The notes under the pieces: generated by a model
The model's database searches: none
What the model was told of the DNA's origin: nothing
The model's input: the letters and a program-made list of their open reading frames with translations, nothing else
Shown: one piece after another, positions 1-7,837 of the stretch
Layout: every line of letters starts with the position of its first letter
Position numbering within the stretch: the stretch's first letter is position 1
Assembly (NCBI GenBank): GCA_964407905.1
Contig: CAYOXJ010000001.1
Location: 25,752 to 60,744, forward strand
DNA from: an uncultured Thermoplasmata archaeon
Lineage (GTDB): Archaea > Thermoplasmatota > Thermoplasmata > UBA10834
Reading direction: 5' to 3'
DNA: 34,993 nt
Program-made: the position numbers and the translations under genes

Positions 1-359
1 GCTGGGAGGTGTACACCTACTCGGGCACTGAGCCGACAGGATTGGACGCAATCGAGTGGGCAAAGGAAGTCTGTGAGCGAGGAGCGGGCGAGCTGCTTTT
101 GACAAGCATGGACGCTGATGGTATGAAAGCAGGATATGACATCGAGCTGACGAGAGAGGTCGTGCATGCGGTGAACGTGCCGGTCATCGCATCGGGTGGC
201 TGCGGAAGGATAGAGCACATAGTCGAGGTCCTGACCAAGGGCGAGGCGGATGCGGCCCTCGCCGCTTCAATATTCCATTATGGAGAACACACGGTAGCAG
301 AAGTGAAGCGAGTTCTCGAGGAAAATGGAGTATCCGTCAGAAGGGGTGAGGTATTATGA
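1..359 (+). CDS. hisF: Imidazole glycerol phosphate synthase cyclase subunit HisF, C-terminal part (5' end lies outside the window)
   Basis: The frame is open from the window edge (WEVYTYSG...). HisF-type C-terminal motifs are present: [24 protein letters not shown] and [12 protein letters not shown]. The TGA stop at 357-359 overlaps the next ATG (ATGA). Confidence 0.9.
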   Translation, partial: WEVYTYSGTEPTGLDAIEWAKEVCERGAGELLLTSMDADGMKAGYDIELTREVVHAVNVPVIASGGCGRIEHIVEVLTKGEADAALAASIFHYGEHTVAEVKRVLEENGVSVRRGEVL

Positions 360-934
360 GCGAGACACAGAGCCTGACGCCCGTTGTCGTGCAAGACGTG
401 AAGAACAACAATGTCCTCATGCTGGCGTACATGAATGACGAGGCTCTCGGCCTGACCAGGAAGACCGGCTATATGCACTACTGGAGCCGATCGAGGAACG
501 CGATCTGGAAGAAGGGGGAGACCTCGGGCAATGTCCAGAAGGTCGTCGAGCTTATCACGGACTGCGATGGAGACGCCATCCTTGCCCGTGTGGAGCAGAC
601 CGGTGTGGCGTGTCACACCGGAACCTACTCATGCTTTGCGAAGAACCCGATCGGACCAAGTGACATCGTAGCACACCTCTGGCGTGTCTTCGACGAGCGC
701 AAGAAGGTCCAGTCAGAGTCGTCCTATACCTGGAAGCTCCTGAGAAACAGGAACCTGCTTCTCAAGAAGATCGCTGAGGAGAGCTCCGAAGTGATCATAG
801 CGGCGAAGGACAAGAAGCGAGAGGAGATGGTGTACGAGGCAGGCGACCTCCTCTACCACCTCATGGTCCTTCTATATGACGAAGGCATAACGATGGATGA
901 CATCTATAGGGAACTGGAGGGCCGAAAGAAATGA
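356..934 (+). CDS. hisI: Bifunctional phosphoribosyl-AMP cyclohydrolase / phosphoribosyl-ATP pyrophosphatase HisIE
   Basis: 192 aa. The N-terminal half has cyclohydrolase motifs ([36 protein letters not shown]). The C-terminal half is a helical PRA-PH-like region ([12 protein letters not shown]...[13 protein letters not shown]). It is ATGA-coupled to hisF upstream and to the PHP gene downstream. Confidence 0.9.
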   Translation: MSETQSLTPVVVQDVKNNNVLMLAYMNDEALGLTRKTGYMHYWSRSRNAIWKKGETSGNVQKVVELITDCDGDAILARVEQTGVACHTGTYSCFAKNPIGPSDIVAHLWRVFDERKKVQSESSYTWKLLRNRNLLLKKIAEESSEVIIAAKDKKREEMVYEAGDLLYHLMVLLYDEGITMDDIYRELEGRKK

Positions 935-1599
935 GGGCACGGAGATGCGACTTTCACTTGCATACCACGTTTAGCGATGGCGAGCTTCTCCCCATGGAGC
1001 TTATCAGAAGGGCTGCGAAGATGGACCACAGAGCCGTTGCGATAACTGACCATGCATCCTTCTCGAATCTCGAATGGGTCATAGAGGGGGCGGTTCAAGA
1101 CTGTAAAAGAGCCGACGCATGGGGCATCGAGGCGATCCCAGGTATCGAGCTCACACACGTGCCAGTCAAATATATCGATGAGGCCGTTCGAAAATCTAGA
1201 AAGGCTGGTGCAGAGCTCATTGTCATACACGGAGAGACTCCAGTCGAGCCAGTTGAGCGAGGTACAAACCATAAGGCAGTGATGAACCCGGATGTCGACA
1301 TCCTGGCCCACCCGGGAATGATAGCATTGGATGATGTTGAGCTCTCGAGAGGGAACGAAGTATTTCTGGAGGTGACGTGTAGGAGAGGCCACTCGTTGTC
1401 AAACGGGCATGTGGCCGCACTGGCAAGAGAGGCGAGGGCGAAGGTTCTCGTCAACACCGACGCCCACTCTCCCGAGGAACTCAGCACGATGGAGTTCGCC
1501 AACACTGTCGCCCGTGGGGCGGGGATGACACCAGAGGAGGTACGTGCTGCTCTCGTCTCGAATCCTGAGCAGGTATTGAAGAGGCTGAGACGTCTCTGA
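931..1599 (+). CDS. PHP-family metal-dependent phosphoesterase (candidate histidinol-phosphate phosphatase)
   Basis: 222 aa. The N-terminus [16 protein letters not shown]...AVAITDH is the PHP-domain HxH/D-H signature, and further His/Asp positions follow (IVIHGE, ILAHPG, NTDAHS). Its start overlaps the hisIE stop (ATGA at 931-934). Confidence 0.75.
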   Translation: MRARRCDFHLHTTFSDGELLPMELIRRAAKMDHRAVAITDHASFSNLEWVIEGAVQDCKRADAWGIEAIPGIELTHVPVKYIDEAVRKSRKAGAELIVIHGETPVEPVERGTNHKAVMNPDVDILAHPGMIALDDVELSRGNEVFLEVTCRRGHSLSNGHVAALAREARAKVLVNTDAHSPEELSTMEFANTVARGAGMTPEEVRAALVSNPEQVLKRLRRL

Positions 1600-1691
1600 G
1601 GGTCCCTCCCAGACACCTCTTTATTCATTCTCAGCCGACCTCTTAATAAGACAGAAATAGTGCGACCGCCGCTCTTCCTCCTGCTGAGAAC

Positions 1692-2087
1692 ATGACGATA
1701 GTGAGCATATCGGTTCCGAATGAGCTTCTGAACAAGTTCGACGACATCCTGACTGCCAAGGGATATCGGTCCCGCTCAGATGCAATGCGGGAGACCATGC
1801 GATCGTTTGTCGATGAGACTGAGTGGGACAGCACCGAGGGGGAGAACCAAATCGTCATCACGATGATCTATGACGAGGCGGGCCCTAGAGGAGAGCTCTC
1901 GGTGCTCCAGCATCGTTACGAGGAAATTCAGATGATGCTGCATCTCCATCTCGAGAAGGGCCAGTGCATGGAGGTGTTCATCGCGCGCGGGCCGAACAGC
2001 AAGCTGAGAGAGATACTGGGCAAGATCAGAAAGGTCAGGGGCGTGAGGTCGATCAGGTTCATCTCCACTTCGAGGAGTGGTGAGTGA
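1692..2087 (+). CDS. nikR: Nickel-responsive transcriptional regulator NikR (RHH + metal-binding domain)
   Basis: 131 aa. It has an N-terminal ribbon-helix-helix (VSISVPNELLNKFDDI..GYRSRSDAMRETMRSF). The C-terminal domain carries a NikR-type H-x-H-x5-C nickel site (HLHLEKGQC) and an upstream His (LQHRY). Confidence 0.8.
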   Translation: MTIVSISVPNELLNKFDDILTAKGYRSRSDAMRETMRSFVDETEWDSTEGENQIVITMIYDEAGPRGELSVLQHRYEEIQMMLHLHLEKGQCMEVFIARGPNSKLREILGKIRKVRGVRSIRFISTSRSGE

Positions 2088-2160
2088 AGGGAGGCTGACC
2101 GTCCCGCATAGGCGAAGCCTACAACTACCCATGGGCCCCTGTTTCATGTGAGAGAGTTCG

Positions 2161-2574
2161 ATGATAGGCGGCATATCCGAGGAGGGGGTGCTCAAGAGAC
2201 TCCTTCAGCAGATGAACGCTCATGTGCCGTCGAGGAGGCGGAGGCTCAGCGAGCTGGTGGAGATGCAGGACCCCCACTACGACGGCAGAGATGGCCAACG
2301 ATACCTGATATCCAAGGACGAGCTCTATCTCATCAGGGCCGCCCTTGCGAAAGCGGGGCTGAGGGACGTCAAGATACCGATCGTTCTGATGGCCGACCCT
2401 GGTCATGAGCAGTCGACCTGGCGTGTCGAAGGAGAGGAGGAGTGCGCTGTCGTATCTGGGTTGCTCGGCCGCGAGATCACAGGGGGCAAGGAGAGAATGT
2501 TCCTCTACGGGCCTCATATGGCCGACCTCAGGAGGAAGCTCCCGACCACGACGGTCTGCATGTTCTTGGCGTAG
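2161..2574 (+). CDS. UPF0216/DUF61-family archaeal protein of unknown function
   Basis: 137 aa. The C-terminal LRRKLPTTTV motif and the overall layout match my memory of the archaea-specific UPF0216 family. The assignment is by recall only. Confidence 0.6.
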   Translation: MIGGISEEGVLKRLLQQMNAHVPSRRRRLSELVEMQDPHYDGRDGQRYLISKDELYLIRAALAKAGLRDVKIPIVLMADPGHEQSTWRVEGEEECAVVSGLLGREITGGKERMFLYGPHMADLRRKLPTTTVCMFLA

Positions 2575-3078
2575 GTGATTTCGTTGTGGACGATCCTGCT
2601 GGTTGAATTCGATGACGAGAAAAACGTGGATATTGTGGAACCAGCAGTGAGGGCCAGGTTCGGTCTTGTGACCAAGAACCTCAAAGTAGGAATGCCCCGG
2701 ACACGAATGAGAGGATGGCAGTCAAGTGCGGATGACCTTCTCTCAGAGGTCTGCCGCTTGAGAATCGAGCATCAGACGGACTATGTCCTTGGCTTGACCA
2801 AGGAGGACATCTACGTGCCAGACATGAACTTCGTCTTCGGCCTGGCATCTTCTGATGGTGGCTGTGCCATCGTGTCCACCAACAGGCTCAAGTCCAATGA
2901 CCCAGGGACGTTCAAGGAGAGGCTCCTCAAGGAGATCATACATGAGCTCGGACATGTGTTCGGGCTCTCTCATTGTCCGGACAGGAGATGTGTGATGCAC
3001 TTCTCCAATTCGCTCCAGGACACGGATTTCAAGAGCTCAGAGATGTGCAGCAACTGCTCGGCCAGACTGTCGCTTTGA
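2575..3078 (+). CDS. amzA: Archaemetzincin (zinc metalloprotease AmzA)
   Basis: 167 aa with a GTG start directly after the preceding TAG. It has the HELGHVFGLSH zinc motif (HExxHxxGxxH) followed by a Cys4 structural site (HCPDRRCVMH...MCSNCS), which is typical of archaemetzincins. Confidence 0.85.
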   Translation: MISLWTILLVEFDDEKNVDIVEPAVRARFGLVTKNLKVGMPRTRMRGWQSSADDLLSEVCRLRIEHQTDYVLGLTKEDIYVPDMNFVFGLASSDGGCAIVSTNRLKSNDPGTFKERLLKEIIHELGHVFGLSHCPDRRCVMHFSNSLQDTDFKSSEMCSNCSARLSL

Positions 3079-3158
3079 GGCAAGATGGCCTGACTTCTCC
3101 CATCCAGTGGGTTCGTCTAGGTCGTGCACGTTATACATGAGGCGTCCGCCTTCCCGGC

Positions 3159-4589
3159 CTAACCTGAGAGATTCTTCTCATATCTTCTGATGATGTCGTC
3201 ACCCTTCTTTGCGATGTCCGGGTCTAGCTGCGGAACCGCATGTTCTTTGAGGATCTTCCTGACGAGCGCTCGGGCACCCTCTAACATCTTGCTGGCAGGA
3301 TACTTCTGCCACGGTTTCCATCCTTGGTCTCTGATGAAGAGTTCCTTTCGGAAGGTCCTGCCCGTATGCGGATGTGTGAGGAATGTGCCGCCCTGACCAA
3401 CTGCCTTCATCACGTCGAGCGCTATCGTCTCTCTGTCAATCCTGAAGCTCCTGAGGTACGGGCGGACGTCGTCCCACAGCCACGAATCGAGCACGGCCTG
3501 TTCAAGCGATGCGCCCTTGGCCGCGTCGATCGAGCCCATTCCCGAGGCGATATCCGTGTTCGCCATGCTCAACAGTGCTGCACCAAACATGTCAGTGAAC
3601 GCCTCGGGGATGCCTGGCTCCGCACCTCCGACACCCCAGCTTCCAGTCATGCACGGCAACCCGTACCGTTTCGCCATCTGGCCAAGTGCGGCAGCGATTC
3701 CTGGCGTTTCGGGCGCATAATAATTGATGCAACCAGTGGTCATGTCGACCGGGGCTGACTCCGAGCTGTAGATATGTGGAGCACCAGGCGATGCGCACTG
3801 GGTTATCACGAGGCTTGCGAGATTTTCGCTGTTAGCATTCACGATTGTGCCAGCGAGGGTCACAGGGCTGGACATTCCGGCCAGCGACATGGACATTGAG
3901 ACGATCGGGATGCCTGCTTTGGCGAGTTCCACCTGCCCTTCGACCGCCCCTCTCTCGAAGGACAGTGGGGCGATCGTGCAGCAGATCACGGAGAAGTACG
4001 GCTTCCTCCTCAGCTCATCCTTGATTCCCGCAATGCACGCTCCAAGCTCGATCTGCGCCTTTGCGTCATCCGCGCTGATGATTGACACTCCTTGGACATG
4101 CTTCGTGCAGTTCTTCAGCGCGGTCCAGAGTTCATGAAGTGAGTGCGCCCTTTCAGGGACCTCGGAGGCTGTGACAGTCGGCCAGAAGTAGTCGATCGCA
4201 TCCAGCGAGTCCGTTATCTTCCCGAAAGCCGCGATGTCCTTTCTCGTGGAGGGCCGTTTCGTCTGCGTCTCGTGATCGTAGACGTATACCGCGAGGCCGC
4301 TCGTGGCAATGTAAGGAGGCCCGTCAACTGGCAATGGCAAATCGTGTTTAGGATTTCTAGCGTACAAGCGAATTGTCTTCGGAGCTCTTCTAATGGCACC
4401 CTCGATCATGTCTTGTGGCAACTTAGCGATGCCCTTCCTCGGATCTACAATCGCTCCCGATTTCTCCAGCGTCCTCAGGACAACTGGACTGCGAACCAGG
4501 ACGCCGATGTCCTTCAGGCACTCAAGGCTAGCTGAATGAACGAGCTCCTCCTCATCTCTGTCCAAGAATCTCACACGCGCGGCACCCAT
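3159..4589 (-). CDS. MttB-superfamily methyltransferase, non-pyrrolysine member (quaternary or other methylamine:corrinoid methyltransferase-like)
   Basis: 476 aa, uninterrupted. The length and N-terminus (LDRDEEELVHSASLECLKDIGVLV) fit the trimethylamine methyltransferase MttB TIM-barrel family. There is no in-frame TAG. An AGGAGGA sequence lies upstream of the ATG. Confidence 0.8.
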   Translation of the reverse strand: MGAARVRFLDRDEEELVHSASLECLKDIGVLVRSPVVLRTLEKSGAIVDPRKGIAKLPQDMIEGAIRRAPKTIRLYARNPKHDLPLPVDGPPYIATSGLAVYVYDHETQTKRPSTRKDIAAFGKITDSLDAIDYFWPTVTASEVPERAHSLHELWTALKNCTKHVQGVSIISADDAKAQIELGACIAGIKDELRRKPYFSVICCTIAPLSFERGAVEGQVELAKAGIPIVSMSMSLAGMSSPVTLAGTIVNANSENLASLVITQCASPGAPHIYSSESAPVDMTTGCINYYAPETPGIAAALGQMAKRYGLPCMTGSWGVGGAEPGIPEAFTDMFGAALLSMANTDIASGMGSIDAAKGASLEQAVLDSWLWDDVRPYLRSFRIDRETIALDVMKAVGQGGTFLTHPHTGRTFRKELFIRDQGWKPWQKYPASKMLEGARALVRKILKEHAVPQLDPDIAKKGDDIIRRYEKNLSG

Positions 4590-4678
4590 CTCGCATCCTC
4601 CTATTCATTCGCCTTGTCCGAGATCTTCGCCTGGAGACTCTTCCCGTAGATAATACTTGTTTTGACTCGGACAATAGG

Positions 4679-4781
4679 TGCTCCCGCCGGGATTTGAACC
4701 CGGGTATCGAGCTTTCACCGGCCTGCCGCGAGAAGCGGCCGCGAGAGGCTCGAATGATTGGCCGGACTACACTACGGGAGC
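4679..4781 (-). tRNA. tRNA-Glu(CUC) with a ~28-nt intron at the canonical 37/38 position
   Basis: The reverse complement folds as follows: acceptor GCTCCCG/CGGGAGC, D-arm GTGTAGTCCGGCCAATCAT, anticodon stem CGAGC/GCTCG, loop CT-CTC-G (anticodon at 4745-4743), and T-arm CCGGG-TTCAAAT-CCCGG with discriminator A. It is 103 nt versus ~75 expected. The extra 28 nt (about 4714-4741) sit between positions 37 and 38. Only CC of the CCA tail is encoded. Confidence 0.85.
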
Positions 4782-4892
4782 CTGGTGGCTTCCTCCAAAA
4801 GGATGGCCTTACATAAAGGTTTGGGGTTTGACGAATACAGAACAAACTTCTTGTCGCATGTGGCCGATGTCCCATGCCAGCTGGTGCGTGGC

Positions 4893-5768
4893 ATGAGACG
4901 GTTGAGCCGCAAGAAGGCTATCTTCAACTTCTCTCCGGGGAACATTCCAGCGTACACCGTCAGGAACGGAGAGAGAGTAATCGTCGAAACTGGTGACTGC
5001 TTCTCGGGCAAGGCGAAGAGCTCGAAGTGCCTCTTCGAGGACGTTGGCATGGGTGAAGTCAACCCTGCGACTGGGCCGATCGAAGTCGAGGGCCTGCTTG
5101 CTGGTGACGCGCTCTGTGTTTCCATCGAGAGAATCAAGTGCGGCAAGAGAGGGGTCATCATGTGTTCGCCGAATCTGGGGCTGCTCAGCAGGGACGTTCG
5201 AAGATCTCGAACGAGAATCGTTGACATCAGAGGCGGAAAAGCTAGGGTGTCAGAGGATCTTGAGATTGAAATCAATCCTCATGTGGGCGTGATAGGCGTC
5301 TCACCCTTCAAAGGAAGCTACCCGACATCTCATCCCGGCGATTTCGGGGGCAACATGGATACGACGGAGGTGCGCGAAGGCTCGAAGGTCCATCTCCCCA
5401 CGTTCGTGAGCGGTGGGATGGTCGCAATTGGCGATGTTCATGCTGCCATGGGGGATGGAGAAATATGTGGTACGGGCGTTGAAGTGCCGGCGGAGGTGAC
5501 GGTCACGCTGTCCAATGCCGAGGGATTGGACATCAAGCGCCCGATGATTGAAACGCCGACTGAGTGGATCACATATGCGGCTGCAAAGACATTGGACGAA
5601 GCTGCAAAACTCGCAGCATCAGACATGGTCAAGTTCATCGCAGACAGGCGCGGGACAGATTTCGAAGAGGCCTACATTATTGCCAGCGTCGCAGCCAACC
5701 TCAAGATCTCACAAGTGGTCGACCCGTTGATGGCTGCGAAGATGTCAATCTCGAAGCGCTATCTCTAG
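4893..5768 (+). CDS. Acetamidase/formamidase-family amidohydrolase
   Basis: The track ORF 4758-5768 overlaps the tRNA, so I take the internal ATG at 4893 (MRRLSRKKAIF...), giving 291 aa. Features such as GPIEVEGLLAGDAL, GGNMD and GDVHAAMGDGEICGTGVE resemble the FmdA/AmdA family. Confidence 0.7.
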   Translation: MRRLSRKKAIFNFSPGNIPAYTVRNGERVIVETGDCFSGKAKSSKCLFEDVGMGEVNPATGPIEVEGLLAGDALCVSIERIKCGKRGVIMCSPNLGLLSRDVRRSRTRIVDIRGGKARVSEDLEIEINPHVGVIGVSPFKGSYPTSHPGDFGGNMDTTEVREGSKVHLPTFVSGGMVAIGDVHAAMGDGEICGTGVEVPAEVTVTLSNAEGLDIKRPMIETPTEWITYAAAKTLDEAAKLAASDMVKFIADRRGTDFEEAYIIASVAANLKISQVVDPLMAAKMSISKRYL

Positions 5769-5775
5769 AGCCGAC

Positions 5776-6594
5776 TCAGATATCCTCGTCGCCCTCTCTC
5801 CAGTCAAGACCGGGTGTCCTGAACCCAACCTTGGCCGCGGGCTGGAACTTGCGCTTGTGTGATGACAGCCTGACCATTCGTGCGATCCTCTCAACCTCCT
5901 TCCTCGAGGTCTCCGCCCTCTCGGATATCTCTTTCATGTCGAGGCCGAGCTCTATGCCAGACAGGATCGCATCGAGCCTGTCGTACTTGATGCCCATCTC
6001 GCTCTCATCAGTCTGACCTTTCCAGAGACCAGCCGTGGGCACCTTCTTGATGATCTTCTCGGGAATGCCGATCTGCTTAGCGAGCTGACGGACTTCGGTC
6101 TTGTAGAGATCGCCTATGGGTTCCAGGTCCGCGCCCCCGTCGCCGAACTTCGTGAAGTAGCCAATCAAGAGCTCGCTCTTGTTGCTAGTGCCGACTACCA
6201 GGCGCCAGTCCGTGTTGGCGTGGTGGTAGAGAGCGATCATTCTGCATCTCGCCTTGATGTTCGCCATGGATTTCTTGTCGATCCTATCCTTGATTGCCTT
6301 CCTGAAAGCCTCGATGGCAGGTGTGATGTTCACCACCTTGTATGGCACTCCCTCTTGTTCACAGAGTTCCTTGGAGTCCTGCAACTCCTGCTTTGGAGAG
6401 TCTTTCTCAGGCATGAGCAGCGCGAGCACCTTCTGCCTCCCGACCGCCCTCGCGCATAGCCTCAGCACAACTGCGGAATCGAGCCCTCCGCTGACGCCCA
6501 GGACAAGCCCCTTCGCTCCCACCTTCCTGAGCTTCTCTGCAAGGAACTTCTCGATCGTCTGCTCCGTGCCATCCCTGAGCTGTGGCAGTATCAT
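5776..6594 (-). CDS. nadE: NH3-dependent NAD+ synthetase NadE
   Basis: 272 aa. It has the PP-loop ATP pyrophosphatase motif GVSGGLDSAVV, then the NadE-typical TSNKSELLIGYFTKFGDGGADLEPIGDLYKTEV. Confidence 0.9.
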   Translation of the reverse strand: MILPQLRDGTEQTIEKFLAEKLRKVGAKGLVLGVSGGLDSAVVLRLCARAVGRQKVLALLMPEKDSPKQELQDSKELCEQEGVPYKVVNITPAIEAFRKAIKDRIDKKSMANIKARCRMIALYHHANTDWRLVVGTSNKSELLIGYFTKFGDGGADLEPIGDLYKTEVRQLAKQIGIPEKIIKKVPTAGLWKGQTDESEMGIKYDRLDAILSGIELGLDMKEISERAETSRKEVERIARMVRLSSHKRKFQPAAKVGFRTPGLDWREGDEDI

Positions 6595-6693
6595 CGGCGC
6601 TTGAATGGGCAGGTCTGGATTTATCAGTTATGGTAGGCCATGCCTGATGGTTCTTAGTAAACGCTAATCTAGTGCCAAGATGTTGCCCCTCCG

Positions 6694-7524
6694 ATGCCCA
6701 AGACCGTCGTCACACTGGCACAGGTCACATGTCAGCTTCACGATAAGGAGGCCAACCTGAAGCGCATGAGAGACATCGTGAAGAAGACCAATGGCAAGAT
6801 CGTGATCTTTCCGGAACTGAGCCTCACAGGATACCTTCCAAGAGATGACCTCTTCTCGCTGGCCGAGACTGTCGTCGGTCCGACAATAAAGGCCGTCCTC
6901 AGGCTGGCGAAGGAGACGAAGAGAGATATCGTATTCGGCGCCCCGATGAAGGACGAGCGGGTCCGTGGGCTGGTCTACAACTCATGTCTTCTTGCGACGG
7001 GCAGGGGCAGGCTCTACAGATATGACAAGATGTATCTTCCCACTTTTGGCCCGTTCGAGGAACGTGTCTTCTTCGCTTCTGGAAAGGACGTGGTGGTTGC
7101 CCACGGGCTTCACGCAAAGCTTGGGCTCACAATCTGCTATGACATGTTCTTCCCTGAGCTGGCGAGGCTCGAGACTCTCCTTGGGGCACAAATGCTAGTT
7201 AATATTTCAGCCGCCCCGACGACGTCGAGACCGTTCTTCAGAAGGGTCATGCCCGGTCGGGCGGTGGAGAACTCAGTATTCGTCGCCTACAGCAATATGG
7301 TTGGAGTCCATGGAAGCCTCGTATTCGGTGGTGGAAGCGTATTGCTGAGCCCCCGAGGCGAAGAGATCGTGAGGGCGAAAGACCTCGAGGAGGACATCGT
7401 CGAGGCCGAGATAGACCTCGGGGATGTCGAAATCGCTCGACGTCTCAGGCCGACCATCAGAGATATCCGACCTGAGATTCTGGACGAGATAGGCGCGGTT
7501 CTGAGGCGTGGCAACAGGCAGTGA
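6694..7524 (+). CDS. Carbon-nitrogen hydrolase (nitrilase superfamily) amidohydrolase
   Basis: 276 aa. The Glu-Lys-Cys triad contexts are visible: IFPELSLTGY (E), YDKMYLP (K) and LTICYDMFFPE (C). It is divergent from nadE across a 99-nt spacer. Confidence 0.8.
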   Translation: MPKTVVTLAQVTCQLHDKEANLKRMRDIVKKTNGKIVIFPELSLTGYLPRDDLFSLAETVVGPTIKAVLRLAKETKRDIVFGAPMKDERVRGLVYNSCLLATGRGRLYRYDKMYLPTFGPFEERVFFASGKDVVVAHGLHAKLGLTICYDMFFPELARLETLLGAQMLVNISAAPTTSRPFFRRVMPGRAVENSVFVAYSNMVGVHGSLVFGGGSVLLSPRGEEIVRAKDLEEDIVEAEIDLGDVEIARRLRPTIRDIRPEILDEIGAVLRRGNRQ

Positions 7525-7584
7525 ATCGTTCGAACTCTGACAGCCGGATACTCTTAAATATGAACACACTTTTGGTGGTTCTGA

Positions 7585-7693
7585 GCTGAGGTGGCCCAGA
7601 CCGGTAAGGCGCGAGCCTGGAGGCTGTGTTGGTCATGCCAGCAAGCTCGTGGCGCTTTGCGCCTCGGGAGTTCAAATCTCCCCCTCAGCGCCA
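7585..7693 (+). tRNA. tRNA-Ser(GGA), class II, with a ~21-nt intron at 37/38 and a genomically encoded CCA
   Basis: Acceptor GCTGAGG/CCTCAGC, anticodon stem CGAGC (7612-7616)/GCTCG (7645-7649), and loop C-T-GGA-G (anticodon 7619-7621). The intron spans 7623-7643. There is a long variable arm GGCGC-TTT-GCGCC, a T-arm GGGAG-TTCAAAT-CTCCC, discriminator G and CCA at 7691-7693. Confidence 0.85.
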
Positions 7694-7837
7694 TGAGTCC
7701 GTTGTTGGAGGCCCAACTCCTCCTGTGCGTGTTCTTCTCGATGACCTGCGGGACTCGAACAGTTCCGACATAGCTAATAAATACCCTCATGAGCGATTGT
7801 CTTACCCCCTCCGTTTCGATCTCCGAGGATTGTACTG

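Noticed and set aside
1776-2195. A 139-aa minus-strand ORF overlapping nikR. Similar ORFs overlap the kinase gene (for example 11093-11713 and 10553-11092).
   Set aside because: They are antisense to well-supported genes. They have no recognisable motifs and a biased composition consistent with shadow ORFs.
3159-4589. Pyrrolysine (in-frame TAG) in the MttB homologue, and selenocysteine (in-frame TGA) in the HdrA, MvhD or MvhA genes as in some Methanococcales.
   Set aside because: All these ORFs are uninterrupted, so no recoding needs to be invoked. Cys occupies the expected ligand positions.
4758-4892. N-terminal 45 codons of the acetamidase ORF as listed in the track.
   Set aside because: This stretch overlaps the tRNA-Glu gene on the opposite strand. 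The internal ATG at 4893 gives a family-typical length of about 290 aa.
7694-7837. A tRNA-Ser-adjacent genomic island or integration site.
   Set aside because: There is no integrase, no duplicated tRNA 3' segment and no compositional break visible by eye. Downstream genes look like ordinary chromosomal genes.
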